A program made the translations under genes and the position numbers. Shown here in pieces: positions 39,964 to 53,072 of a DNA stretch of 64,000 nt. Numbering within the stretch: the stretch's first letter is position 1; each line of letters starts with the position of its first letter. The notes beneath the pieces were generated by a model. That model searched no databases. It was not told the origin of the DNA and saw nothing but the letters and a program-made list of their open reading frames with translations. The stretch is taken from contig QPMI01000494.1 of the NCBI GenBank assembly GCA_004431415.1, positions 248,001-312,000 of the forward strand, read 5' to 3'. Origin of the DNA: Cyanophora paradoxa CCMP329 (taxonomy: Eukaryota; Plantae; Glaucophyta).

Positions 39964-40552
39964 AGTGGCGCCTTAGCTACAGATAGATTTCTTCGCCCTG
40001 GTGCCCTCACATACGCCTCTTTTAGCCTGCTGCTGGCGACGACAAAGCTCAAGGCCTAGGCAACCTACGCAGAATTCAAAGTTGCTGCTGCGATCTCGCG
40101 TACGTGCCGGGATATCGCTAAGCGAGCTGAGCAGCTCACGTTGGCTGTCCGCTGTCGCCGGCGCCTGCGGCGGGACGTGCTCGCGATGGTGCTGGCACGC
40201 TTCTGCGCTCTTGCGAAAGCGGGCTCTCTCTTGAGCGCGTCGGCACCGGCGGAAGGCCGTTGGGTAGTACATCGGAGCTGCTAGGATCGATTCGAAGTTC
40301 CCGCCAGGCTGGCTTGCCCCAACTAACCCGGCTGGGCACCCCGTACCCCAGCGCCATGGCTCTAGTCAAAGCCGAGACGGCTTGAGCTGGAGCCGGCTTC
40401 GTCAGCGTCGTCAACGCCGTCAAATTACGCGTGCGCGTCGCGTGCGCTCATCTGACAACGCCAAGAGCGCATCGCATCGCATTCGAACGTCTCGCCCGAA
40501 GCCTCGCATTCGATCTGCAGCGCAGCACAGAATTGATCCCGATCTAGATCCG

Positions 40553-41313
40553 ATGGCGTTCGCTTCGACCTTCTTCGGCGTGCCCCGCTCCTCTGCGTCC
40601 ACGGCCCTGCTCGTCCAGGCGCCGCTCGCTCGGCCAGCCCGCCACACGTCGTCAAGTTCGAAGGGCGCCAGTGCCGACCGGTTCTTCGTCGCGGCGTCGA
40701 CGTCCGACAAGAAAGGTGCGCGCGCGTACGCATGTGCGCTCGCGTACGCAATGCCGGTGCCCTCCATCGCAACGCCGGCGCCGCGCACGGAGATAGCGTT
40801 GTTGGCATTGATATCGCGCGCTCCTTATATATTTTAGCATCGCAGTGCACGCGCGTATACGTACGTGCACTCATCATTAAATTCCCGCAGAGCAGTGCAT
40901 CCTCAACACTGACGATCTGCCTCAGTCCTTCACCCTCGAGGTCCGGAGGCTTCGAATCCCTCGCCGTGATTCCGCCGATGCATGTGCTGACGCCCTTTTA
41001 TTTCCTACCGGCCGCGGGCCCGCAGGTCAAGCCTGGTTCGCAGATTTCGAAAGTCTTTTCTCGAGCTCCGAATTCTCGAAGCGCTGATCATGATCATGAC
41101 CCTCGCGCAGGCGAGACGCATTTCGTGTGCCGCTGCTGGAAATCGAAGACCTTCCCCCTGTGGTCCGCCCGCCTTCCTTAGTTTAACTATAATTAGTTTG
41201 ATTTGTAAGTGACCGCGCGCGGCTCGCGCAGCGACGGGGCCCACAAGGCGATGAACGACGCGGGCGACAAGGTCGCCCCCGCCGTGATCAAGGGCGCGCC
41301 GGCCGACCAGTAG
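40553..41313 (+). CDS. CDGSH iron-sulfur (NEET) protein with a putative plastid transit peptide
   Basis: Five exons give MAFASTFFGVPRSS.. and CRCWKSKTFPLCDGAH, which matches C-x-C-x2-S-x3-P-x-C-D-G-[SAT]-H. Confidence 0.9.
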
Positions 41314-41635
41314 GCGCACGCGTTGTACGAGTGATCATGAATCTATATAATATATATAATTCGATTCAAGCGGATCATGACGTGCTCCGGGAGTCCGTAA
41401 AGAGAAGGTGTCCGTTTGAACGGGCCACCGAGCTAGCTTTAATTTGCGGCTGGCTATGCATGTGGCTCAGTGCCGGCGTTCTTGCCAAGTTCGAGTTTAC
41501 AGGCGAAGAGGGAAAGATAGGGCACTAAAAACTCTAAAAACGCAGAATATAATGCAGTAAAACGCAGGCGGCGTGCGAGCACTGCCAGAAAAAGAGAGAA
41601 GAAATGCAGCTCGAGCGAAAAAGAGATGATTCTGC

Positions 41636-43250
41636 CTACTCCCTGCTGCCGTCGAGGTCGGGGGGCGCGCCGTCCTCAGTCGGCCCCGCCCCCTCCGGCG
41701 CCGGACCCGAGGGCGCCCCCTCGGCCGCCGCGCCCTCCGCCCCTTCCGGGGCCGCCGCGCCGCGATCGGGGGCGCCGTCAAGGTCGGCGCCCTCGAGGTT
41801 GGAGGGGTACAGGTCGAAATCGGACCCCTCGAGGAGGATCGCCGAGGGCTCCTCGCCCCCGTCCTCCTCCCGTACCCCCAGCTCCGCCATCGCCTCGCTG
41901 TACCCCCGCAGATCCTCCGCGGCCTCCGGATCCGGATCCGGATCCGGATCCGCGTCGACGTCGACGTCCTCGCCGACGGTCTCGAGCTCGAGGGTGGCGG
42001 GGGGTACGGGCGTGTGGACGACGAGGGTACGCGAATCGTCGCGGACGACGACGGACCCGGAGGGGAAGGGGGAGGGGAGGGGCGCGCCGGCGCCGGGGGC
42101 CCGTCGGACGGGGGCCGACATGGGCCGGCGGGGGGCAGGGGGCGGGGCCGACGATGCGGGGGTCGAGAGGAGCAGGGGATCGTAGCGGGAGGAGGTGGAG
42201 GGGGGGGAAGAGAAGGAGTCGGGCGCCGGCCGGCGGGACTGCGCGGAGTAGGGCCGCTGGCGGGGTACAGCCGCGACGGGCGAGTCGGATGGGGCGACCA
42301 GGCGCTGGGGAAAGGGCGCCGGCCCCACGTGGCCGAGGCTGGGGCCCACTGTCGAGTACGAGGAGGCGGAGGCGGAGGTGTGGAGGAGGAGTGGGGGGCG
42401 GGCCGAGGAGGGGCGCGCGGAGGAGGGCCGGACGCGTGAGGCGGAGGAGGGGCGGGAGGCGGAGGAGGGGCGGGACCGGGCGCTGGAGGGCGGGGGGACC
42501 TGGCCCGAGGCGATGAGGGAGGAAATCGAGTGCCCCCCGACGATCTGAAGGGGGGAGAGGGGGGTGGGGGAGGGGGGTTAGAGGGCTGGGGTGAAGGAGG
42601 GCGGGCGGGTCCGGGGTACGGCGTCGGCGCACGGGAGGGGGGGTAATGTACTCCGGGGGCATGAGGAGCGCGTCGCCGAACTCGGAGTCGAAGAGGCTCG
42701 TACCCGTCTCGCCGCGGCTTGTCCTCCAGCTCGACTGCGTGAGCCCCTGCGCCTTTCGAAGCCACTGGGGGCGGCGAATCAGGCGACAAAGCGATGCGGC
42801 GCGGGGTACAGAGAGCGCACGTCATCCCAGCGCGCTTGTGCGCTCATACGCTGCCGCGTGCGCTCCCAGTTCGACGCGCTGCAGCCGCCCGAGTTCGCGG
42901 CCGCCATCCGCGTGTACGCCGCTCGCAAGACCTTCTCCGCTTCTGTCGCCTGCGCGAAAGCTTGAGAACTGCAAGGAAGGATCGGCTGTCGAGCCAGTGC
43001 CACAACTGCGCGCCTGCTGCTGCCTCTGGTACCGAGCCGCGCTCTCCCTGCGGATGCGCCGCTCCTCCGCGTAGGCGGCCGCTGGATCGGAGCGGTAGTC
43101 ATACTTCCCCGACAGCGGCCGGTCGGGCGTTGTGCGAATCTGCAGCCCCATGCCCGCGTTGGTCCGCGGACCCGCGCGGCAATTCGCAGCGCGAGGCGCG
43201 CGAGCGGATGGGGCCACGCAACGCACCTTGTAGTAGACTGGAGTGGTCAT
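41636..43250 (-). CDS. Multi-exon unknown protein, Pro/Ser-rich with an acidic tail
   Basis: MTTPVYYK|IRTTPDRPLSGKYDYRSDPAAAYAEERRIRRE..QQQ|ATEAEKVLRAAY..RWDD|WLRKAQGL.., joined by GT/GC-AG introns. Confidence 0.6.
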
Positions 43251-43635
43251 TGCGCTCGCTTGGGGTGCTGGCGGCGGCTATCGTGCGCTGGATGCCAGGC
43301 TCGGAGGCACGGGCTGTTCGGTCGCCGCCCGGGCTGGGCGCGCCGGCGCCTCAAGGTACGGTCGAGCCGCGCCCACCGGGCGGATGCGCAACAGCAGGGG
43401 TGAAGGCGGAAACTTGTGATGTCGTCTGCCCGGGTACAGGCTGCTTGGCGGAGTTGGAACTCGCGGGTCGCAGCGAGGCGGCTATTGCAGCAGCAAGAAG
43501 ACTCTCCGTGTTGCAGGGAACTCGCAGGTGCGACCTCTCGCTTCCCGGCGCGGCGCTAGTTTGAAACACCCGCACAGGAAGCAAGCGGCACAGGAAGCGG
43601 CGGCGTGAGAGCAGGAGCGAGAGGTAGTCAGGCAG

Positions 43636-44663
43636 ATGGCATCCGTGAAGATCCTGGTCCGCTCACCGTGTCCTGCCCGCCTTCCTCGCTTAGCTGCGCA
43701 ACAGGTCGTCGGGCCGAAGGCCTGCGGCAAGTCCACGCTGGCGAACTTCCTTGCGGATTACATGGAGAAGCCGAGCGGAGACTACAGGCCCACAAAGGGC
43801 TGCAGGTGCGCCAAGCTCCGGACGCCCATCCCGCCTGCGGCGGTGCGGCGGCTGAGTGCCCGCGGCCGAGCGCAGGATACACGAGTTCGAGCGGGACATT
43901 CCCTCGCAGGCGCGGCGCGGACCGTCCACCGTCCGCGTGGCGGTCGAGCTCTGGGATGTCTCGGGCGACCGCAAGTGAGCAGCCGCAGCCTGCCGGCCTC
44001 TCCGCTCACTCACTCCGCCGCTCCGCACCCGCCCGCAGCTTCCAGCCGTGCTGGCCGGCGATCCTGCGCGACGTGCGCCACCGCCCCCGGCCCGCCGCGC
44101 TGCTCTCGCGCCCCGATCTCACTCGGCGCCCGCGCCGACAGGTGAACGGAATCCTCTTCGTTTACAATCCCGAGGAGAAGTCGCAGCAGACCGAGGTATC
44201 CGAAGTCTGGTGCGCTCAGGCCGCCGCCCCCAGCTCAAGCCCTCCGTCCGCCCGCCGCCTTGCTTGCCGCCCGCCGAGCGCGCGCTGCGCAGGTACAAGC
44301 AGTTCGTCGCCGAGAGCCGGCTGCGTGACAACCAGTGCCTCTGCTTCGCGCACCGAGGCTCGAGCTTCAAGCGCGTCGAGGGCCAGAAGCTCGCCGGCCG
44401 CGTCACGCAGGCGCGTACCCCTCGACTGAATTCAAACGAGCGCCGGGCCTGACGCGCGTGCTTCGTTCGCAGGTGTACACCAACCTGGACGAGAACCCGC
44501 AGGCCATCAAAGAGTCGTTTGACCAGTGGCTCGTCGCCGGTGCCCACGTACCCCCCCGGCTAGCGCCAGTACCCCCTTGACTGTTGGGCGGGGTACGGCA
44601 GTCATGGACGCCGCGTCCCAGGCACGGGAGCACGACGAGAACGAGATCGTGGGGAATCGATGA
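43636..44663 (+). CDS. IFT22: Intraflagellar transport protein 22 (RABL5)
   Basis: MASVKIL|VVGPKACGKSTLANFLAD..YRPTKGCRIHEFE..VELWDVSGD..CWPAI..GILFVYNP..CLCFAH: a Rab-like GTPase lacking the G4 NKxD motif. Confidence 0.92.
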
Positions 44664-45475
44664 TTGCTGTACCCACCTCGAGCTTGCGCCCTGGCGTCGC
44701 TTGGGTGTCCACGCGTTGAAATGTTTCAGAGGCACCCTAAGACACTGACAGGGCACATGAAGACACCTGCCTCTTAGATCTTGAAAGCTTGGGCGCACTT
44801 AGTTAAACACAGGGGGGATCCAGGTAATACAGCTGCCAGGCTGCATTTCGAATCCGGATCCGGGCTTGCAATTGAAATGAAATGTTGGGACATGTACTAT
44901 GTACTTGCGCAAGCTGATGCAGCTGGTGGTGAAAATAAGTTAGGTACTAGTTACTATTCCGAAGATCTTGCAATTAATTGGCGACGTTAGATACAACCGC
45001 AAAGAGATGCACAATATTTAATGTCTAAAGAAAATGAATAGAAAAGCGATACAAATTGACATGGAGACATTGGATGGAAGTCCACCTAACTCTACGTGTA
45101 CCCAAAAGCACTACTTACTTGGCAACTGCTAGCGCTACATAAGCGCTAGCCAGGCTAGTCATCACAAGTGAAGCGTACAATCCGAAGTGAAGCGTCCGGC
45201 CCGGCGGTCCGACCTCGGGCCGGGCCGGGCCGGGGCGCCTGTGCTGTGCAGGAGCGCCAAAGCCAGCCGCACCCGAAAAGGAGGACGGGGAGGCGAGGCG
45301 CCCTGGCAGGCGCTTGCTTTACACACTACCGTATCTAACTCCACTACATGAGAAATCAAAGCGGAAACGATAAGACAAATGCAGAAATCTCGCACGACGA
45401 AAATACTCTCGCAGGAAAGCACTTGTACTACGCGCCAGCGCCCCTGATCCGAAACACGGCGGGGTGGGCAGGGGG

Positions 45476-48400
45476 CTACAACGTCCTGGAGGAACCGGGG
45501 TCGGCCTGCACGGGGGTACAAGTAAGAGGGCGGAAGAGAGATCGCAACGAGAGCGGAGGGCGGAGAAAGCGGACCGCTCCGAATTCGAACACTAGGTCGC
45601 CCCCCGAATCGAATTCAGTTAGGACCACCGGCTCGGGTCCGGGGGCGCAGGCCAGGGGCGGCGGCGCCGCCGCCGGCGGCAGCTGACACATCGCTGCGAC
45701 TCCAGCGATGTCGGTCCGGGATGGCGGCGTGACGTTTAGCTTGACGGGTACAGGCACGGCGCGGTGCTCGAAGAGGGGGGGTAGCTCTTTCAGCTCTTTC
45801 TCGGCCGCTTTCATAGACGCGGAAGAGTCGCTGCGGTTTAGTTTAGAAAGAGGGGGGAAGGAATGCGAGGGGGTACAGGAACGGAACCGCACCTCGGGAC
45901 GGGTACCTCCGAGGCCGTGGAGCAGGTTCGGAGGGACCCCGGGCGCTCCCCGGACAGTACCCCCTCAAATCCCGTCAGGCTGTGCTCGGAGCGCAGCGTG
46001 GTACCCCCCTCCTCCTCTTCCCCCCCCTCCCCGCCCTCCTCGGCCTCCTCGGCCTCCGGGGTAGGACTCGCGCGCTGGCGCGACGGGGGCCGCCCCTGCG
46101 GCTTCGAGCTGCTCCCCGTACCCGTACCCGGATCGCTGGGGGGGCGAGAGGCGTCCTCTCCGAGAACCAGTACCCCCGCCTCCGTCCTCGCGATCGCGGC
46201 GAGCTGGTCCGACGAAGCGGCCAGCGACGCGCTCCGTTGCGTCACGGCGCGGGTCTGACGGAAAAAAAAATCAGCAAAGGGGGGTACGGCATTTCTACAG
46301 GACGGGTACGGGTACCAGCTTCGCCTCGTTGGTTAGAGCCCGGCGCCGCTGCTGTTGGAGCCTCTCCACCTCCTTCTCGAGGAAGCCCGTCAGGTCCGCC
46401 ACGCTCTTCTCGAACTCCTCCTGTACACCCCGGGGCTCGATTCGCGTACCCCGCCGAGTGGCATCGTACCCCAGTCCCCCGCACCTGGGCGCGGACGATC
46501 GCGGGGTCGTACCCGCCGTCCTCGGCCACCGCACGGAGCCCTGCGCGGAGTCTCAAACGGGGGGGGGGGGGGGGGGATGCGGGGAGGGGGGTACGGGAGA
46601 GCCCACCGTGCGCGACGCTTGAGTGGAAAGCGGCGGAGCCGCCTCCGCGGGAGGAGCGGTGGTCGGACCCGTGTACCCCCGAGAGGCTGCGAGGGCGGCC
46701 GGGGGGGAGGAGGGAATCAGGGTGATCTGAAGTATCAAAGAGGGGGGGGTACGGCGCACCGGACTTCGCCGAGGCTGGCGCGGCGGGATCCGACGTCGGA
46801 CCACGCGGATGCCATCGTACCCAGGCTGGGCCGCCGGTGCGTCCCTGGCGGCGGCTCGGGCGCCAGCCCGTGCCCGTGCGCGTGCGAGGCGGAGGAGAAC
46901 GCTGCGCTGTGCCGGGGCCCGCGGGATCGGGAGTTCAGGAGGGATTCGAGCTGCGCTTCCAGCTTATGCGCCTCGTCCCGCCTGAGGCGCCCCGTCTCCA
47001 GCTCGCAGCCCCAGTCGATGAGCACCTGCGATCAAATTCGAGACGGGAAGAAGAGAAGATCAAATCTGGAGAGAAGCTCTGGCTAGCTAGCCTGCGCGGC
47101 GAGCTTGTGCCCGTGTCGAACGGCGTCGTGCAGCGCGTTCCCGTTCCACCGGTCCACAGCGGCCACGTCCGCCCCGCTGGAAAATCGCGTAAGTCCGGGG
47201 GCCCCGGGTTCGAATCCCGGCGGGCGCACTTCTGCAGGAGGTACTCGAGGCACTGCAGCTTCCCCTCCGCCGCCGCGAGGTGCAGGGGGGTACGCCCGTC
47301 GTAGTCCCCGTCGTTGATGGGTAGCCCGTACCGAAGGAGGACCTTCAGGGTCTCTACGTCCCCCCGGGCTGCCGCGTTGCACTGGGGAAGGAGGGGGGGG
47401 GGGGGGGGGGGGGGGGGACGTTAGCGGCGCGACGGGTACGCGCTAAGTCTGGATGGGGGGAATACCAGCATCCCCGACGCGTTCTCGACCTTCATCTCCG
47501 CGCCGGAGCGAAGTAGGAGCTCCGCGATGTGGTGGTATCCGTGCCTGACGGCGTCCTTGGGAGGGGGTACGCGGTTAAGAAGTGAGGTGAGGGTACGCGG
47601 GCGCGGGGCGGCATACCTGGAGCGGGGTACCCTTGTTGCGGTCGAGGGGCGAGAGGTCCACGCCCTGTTGGATCAGGTACTCTACCGCTGCTTGGTTCCC
47701 GTTGCAGGCCGCGCTGCAGGCGGGCGCGTCGACGTCAGAAGCGGCAGCGGGATCGGGGTCGGGCGGCTCACAGGTGAAGCGCGGTTCGCCCGTCGTAGTC
47801 GGGCGTCCCGGGGTCGACGCCGCACTCGACGAGCCGACGAAGGGCGTCTATGTCTCCGTCCGCGGCGGCCGTGCAGAGCATCGTCGCGACGTCCTCGAAG
47901 CACGCCGAGGCGCCGAAGCGGATGAGCAGCGCGGCCGCCTCGTCCTGCTTGTGGCGGACGGCGTCGATGACGGGCGTCCCGCCGTAGCGGTCCTTGGCGT
48001 TCAGATTGGCGCCCCGGTCGATGAGCAAGTGGATGATGTCGATGTGGCCGTCGCTGGCGGCGCTGCGGGCGGGCGCGTCAGGCGCATCCGCGGGCCCAGA
48101 GTCGGGCGGCCTACGAACAGGTGCAGGGCGGTGCGGCCGTCGTAGTCGGCGCTGTCGACGTCGACGTCCATGGCGAGGTAGCGCTTGACGCCCTCGAGGT
48201 TGCCCTTGTGGGCCTCCGTGAGCATCGCGACCGTCTTCTCCTGCTCGCGCTTCTCCTTGGCCTGCCGCACAAACTCTCAGTCTAGTCCAGTCGACTATAG
48301 TCTAGTTCAGTCTAAGAAGCCGACTTCAGCTAGATTGTATATGACCTGCTGCATTTCTCTTCGTTGCGCTTCCCCTTAGTGAGCTCTCATCTCATTCCTC

Positions 48401-51400
48401 CCCTAGCTTCTAGCCTAGCTTTAGATATACTCTCATCCAACGCCCCTCAACGCGCCTGGCGGACGATCTCGTGGACGGAGCGGCGGCCGTCCCCCGAGGC
48501 CATGCTCCCCAGCGCCTCGCTCGTCCCGCTCGCCACGCTGCGGGGGCGAGGGGCGAGGGGCGAGGCAAGCGGTCAGGGAGGCCTGAAGGGTTCGAGCCGG
48601 CGGGAGCGGAGAAGGTCACACGTAAAGCTAAAGCTAAGCCACGCGGCCCCAAGTGATCCCAGTGAACGGACCTCCTGCCGTCCTCGTCGCCCCAGGCGCC
48701 GAGGAACGGTCACTAGGGACGTTTCTAGGGCCACGCAGGCTCTAAGATCTAGACGTCCCGAGCGGTCGCAGGCAGAGCTAAGCCCGAAGCCCTAGGAACG
48801 GACCTCCTGCCGTCCTCGTCGCCGCAGGCGCCGAGGACGCGCTTGAAGATGAGCTCCTCCTGCGTCGGGTTGTGCTTCGCCAGCTCCTGCGCGCGCCGGA
48901 GCGGTTCAACGGTTAGTTTGGATCAGCTCGGCCTCACACTCAGTTCAGTTCGACTCAGTAAGCTTAGCCCGGCTCCGTCCGATTAGAGCAGTGTGCGCGG
49001 GCGGGGAAGCGGTTCGGATCAGCTCAGCCTCGGTTCGCGAGGTTAGGATCCGCGCAGATAGCTGGTTTACGTGCGATTAACTTAGCGCGGCCTAGACCCA
49101 GCTGAGTTCTTCCGCTGAATTCTAGGGCGGACCTGGAAGTCTTAGAAGTTCTCGGCTATAGGTGTGTTTAGATGTCTTAGGCGTCTAAAGGTGTTTTTAG
49201 CTACTCCGTCGAGATCTAGATCTAGCTACAGGGCGGACCTGGAAGTCGGGCTTGGAGAGGGCGCAGATGGTCGCGTGCCCCTTGCTCGAGACGCACGCCG
49301 AGTACGGCTGCCGGCGGCCCGCACAGATCAGCCGAGAAGCTCAGTGCAGGAGGAGAGGCCCGCGGCGCTAGCAAGCAAGCAAGCAAGCAAGCTAGTGGGC
49401 CAAGCTAGCGGCAAGCCATGGCCAGTGGGCGATGCGGTGCCTGCACCGCCCACAGCACGCCGGCACCGCTAAGCGACGACGGGCGGGCCGCTCACCTGCC
49501 GGACGCCGAAAAAGAAGGCGATTTCGCCGAGGCACGCCCCCGTGCTGACCTCCCGCTTCGTCGCCGCCTGCGTCACCGGATCCACCGCCGTGATCTCGAC
49601 CTGCGCGCGGCAGGGGGCGGGGCGGGGCGAGGGTTAGGAGGCGAGCGCAGGTCGAGATCAGATCCCATGTATATTGTTCCTTGTGGGCCGCGGGGGGCGG
49701 GGGGCGGGGCCAGGCGTCAGAAGGTGAGCGCCCTCTAGTAGAATTCTAGGGGGGATCGCGAGGAGGGGGGGGGGAGGGGGAGGGGGGGGAGGGAGGGATC
49801 GCTTCACCCCCCAGGGAAGGGGGGGAGTAGGGGGCCGCACGACGCCGCTGGCGACGAAGTAGAGGGTGTGGGAGAGGTCGCCCCGCCGGAACACCTGCGT
49901 CTTCGGCAGCTGCGCGCGTGGGACGAGGCGGAGAGGAAGGAAGGAGAGGTCAGGGGTACGAGAGGTAGGTCGGAGCGTGGGTGGCCGGGCACCAGGGTCT
50001 GCTCCTGGAGGAGGACGGAGAGGGAGTCGACGAAGTTGTCGTCGCAGTCGGCGAAGGTCCGGTTCGACGCGATCAGCGGCCGCGACACCTGCCGCGACAC
50101 CTGCACCTGCGCGCGCTCCGGCCTCAGCCCGGCCCGGCCCGGCCCGGCCCGCTCGGCTCGGACGGCCCAAAGCGTAGCGCAGCATGCGGACCTGCAGGTT
50201 CCTCGGGAGCTCCTTGAAGATACCCTGGTCCGAGCTCTGGAGGGGGGGTACACGCCCTTCAGACCCCGGGGGTACACGGTTCGTCGGAGGCGGGGGAGGA
50301 GTACCTGGTTCTGGGCGCGGAAGTCGAAGAAGGAGACGAGGTCGGAGGCGAGGGAGGCCCCCAGGCCCTTCTCCTTAATGAAGCGCCCGATCGCCAGGAA
50401 CTCGTCCCGCAGGCCCACGATCTGCCCCGAACCAGATCGGAAAGGTCCCCGACGGGATTCGAACCGGAAAGAAAAGGGGGGTACGCGCACCTCGCTGTCG
50501 GCCCCGGACATGAAGTCCGACAGGTACATCATCAGGAAAGAGTACCTGGGAGCCGGCCCGTCACCTCAGCAGCCCGTGCTCGAGCCTCGAGCTTGCTTAG
50601 AGGACTATTGGGAGGATCTTAAGAGGATATTGCCTCTCATCAGAGGGAGAAAGCAGAGACTCGGCAGTGCTTAGACTGCTCGGTAAGACTGTTCCTAAGA
50701 TAGATGGATCGAGCTCCTTATAAGGTCCTTTTTTATTAGATCCCCGGACGGGCGGGCGGGGGGGGGGAGGGGGCGGGGGGTACCAGCATAGGGACGTTAG
50801 GTCGCCGAGCAGAAACGCCACAATCTCCGCGGCAGACGTGGGCGCGATCTGCGGGGAGGGTGGTGGTGGGAGGGGGTAGACAAGCGTAAGCGAGCGCGAG
50901 GGGAGGGCATCCAGAGCATAATGAAGGGCCGAGCTCCTCCACCTTCGCTCAAGGAGAGAGAGGAGAAGGACGGGCAGAGCTTCGAAGGCTAAATTTAGCG
51001 TAAGCGTGCGCACCGATCCGGGGCCCATAGACGTCAGCATCGACTGCGTCAGATCAGATCAGATCAGATCAGATCAGAGCAGAGCAGATCGGAGCTGAAG
51101 CGCGCACGAAGCTCCAGAACATGCACTGCGGTAGGGCGGGGGGCGTGGTCAGGAGGTGTGGGGAGGGGTCGCGCGGGAAGGGGGGTACGATGAGGGCGGA
51201 CCGTGAGCCACTCGAGGAACCCGTACCCGGTCGAATTCTCGCGCCCGAAGTCATCCCCGAGCTCCGGGTTGTCCTCCCGCACCTGGGTACAGTGTTACTT
51301 ACAAGATGATGGGAAAGCGCGGGTTCGAATCCGTGCGGGGCCCTTTTCGCACCCGGGAGATCCAGTCGGGTCCGTGGCGGGCGGGTACGGCGGCAGTGTA

Positions 51401-52515
51401 GTAGAAGGCGCAGCTGCCGTAGTGGCCGATCAGGAGCGTGACCAGCAGGAGCTTCTTGACCTGTACCCCGGTCAGGCCCCGCCAGATCGGTTCGGGCAAA
51501 CAGCAGTATCCAGTACCCCGCCCATTGAGTTGCGTGATGTCGCGTTCTCGTTGCGCCGCATGAGGTACCGGTACAGGGGCCGCGTCGCGAGGTAGCGGTT
51601 TAGGCGCAGCCAAATCACAACCGTCACGCTCACGTTCTGTGGCAGGGGGGTCGGGAGGGGTACGGCGCGACGGGGAGCGGGCGAAGGGGGGGGTACCGCG
51701 AGGACGGCCATGACGTCGAAGGGCACGACAGCCACGACGTCCCACACTAGGCTCGTCTTCATGTCTGCAGGGCGACATCAAAAGAAGTTGGGGGGGGGGG
51801 AAGCCGCGGAGGGGTACAGCGCACAGCGGCGGACGATCTTGTTCACGCGGACTTCGACGGCGCCCTTCTTGTTCTGGTAGGGCTGCGCGGCGCGCTCAGA
51901 TCAGATCGGGTCTGAAGCTATCGGTTCTTCAGATCAGATCTGAAGCTAACGGCGGCGCACCGAGATGAGGCGTACGGCGCAGAGGACCGCAAACAGAACG
52001 TCGGCGGCCCAGTCCGATACGAAGGGCCTCAGCGGGTCCGACGTGCGCGTCATCGCGACCCGGAAGGGAATGGCGAAGGCAACTGCGGGTGCGGTTCGGC
52101 GGGGCGGGGCGGCGTGGGGCGGCGCGGCGCGGGGTCGGGACGGAATAATCGGCGCACAGTAAGCGGCCAGAAGGACGCGAAGGCTGTCGAGGAGGCGGCT
52201 GATGGGCGCGCCGGGCCGCAGCGGGTAAGTCCAGTGCGAGGACGGCACGATGCAGAGCCCGTCCGCCTCCAGCAGCAGCGACGCCCGCGTGCGGGAGCTG
52301 AGCAGAGTCGACTCGCGCCCCGCCGCGCCCTTGCCGCTCGCCCGGCTGCCCTCGCTCTGCCGCCGCCCCGATGCCTTCCCGCTGCGGCCGAGCGACCCCG
52401 TGCTCGGCGAGGGCGCGAGCGCGACGAGCCCGCGCCCGAGCGAGCCTGGGCGAAAGGAGTGAGGCCGCGACCTCTCTGCGAGCTTAGCTGGGAAAAGCCG
52501 CTCGCGCACCGGCAT
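45476..52515 (-). CDS. Shaker/AKT-like six-TM cation channel with cNMP-binding domain and about 9 ankyrin repeats; atypical selectivity filter
   Basis: S3-S4 WDVVAVVPFD..WLRLNRYLATRPLYR; S5 LLIGHYGSCAFYY; C-linker IFKELPRNLQ; cNBD VFRRGD..LYFVASG..LGEIAFFFGVRQPYS; three DYDGRT[AP]LHLAA ankyrin blocks. Start and stop are approximate. Confidence 0.88.
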
Positions 52516-53072
52516 CCGCCATCCCTCCGAGTTGGCGCTTGAGCGTAGGTCGGGGCGGCCGGCCGTGAGCTCTCAGCGAGCAAGAGGTGGAACTCCGCGC
52601 TCTCTACGAGCCGCCGCCGCGGCGGCCATCTCGCCGACCGATGGCCTTGACCAGGCGGGGCGAAAGGCCGAGCTCACGACTTGCGAGGCCGCTCTCGCTA
52701 CAACGCAGTTGCCTCAGCAGGTCGACTGGCAGCCAGCACCGTTTACGCCTCAGCTAACGCGGCGATGATGCGCAAGCTCTGCAGCCGCGTGGGGTACGAC
52801 GCCGGTTTAATCGCTTCGCCGACTAATTCCCCCTTCGACCGTGTTTACGTCAAAGTTACGTAACACGGCGGCGAGCTGACAGGCATCGTCTGGGACGATA
52901 ACGCAAGCTCCCAAACAACACAGAAGGTCGCTTAAGCCCCCCGAAGTCCGCGCAGCGCGAGTTCAGGTTAGCTCTGCGTACCCCCCTCGACGACGTAAGC
53001 TCGACGTAACTCATAACTTTAGCGCGTCGGTTTGTTTCAGCTCGCACCAGCGCCGGCAGAGAGCAGCGCAGG

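Noticed and set aside
51222-51232. GYG tripeptide upstream of the pore helix as the real K+ filter
   Set aside because: TGYGF lies before the pore helix (turret position); alignment puts the filter at TSMGPGS.
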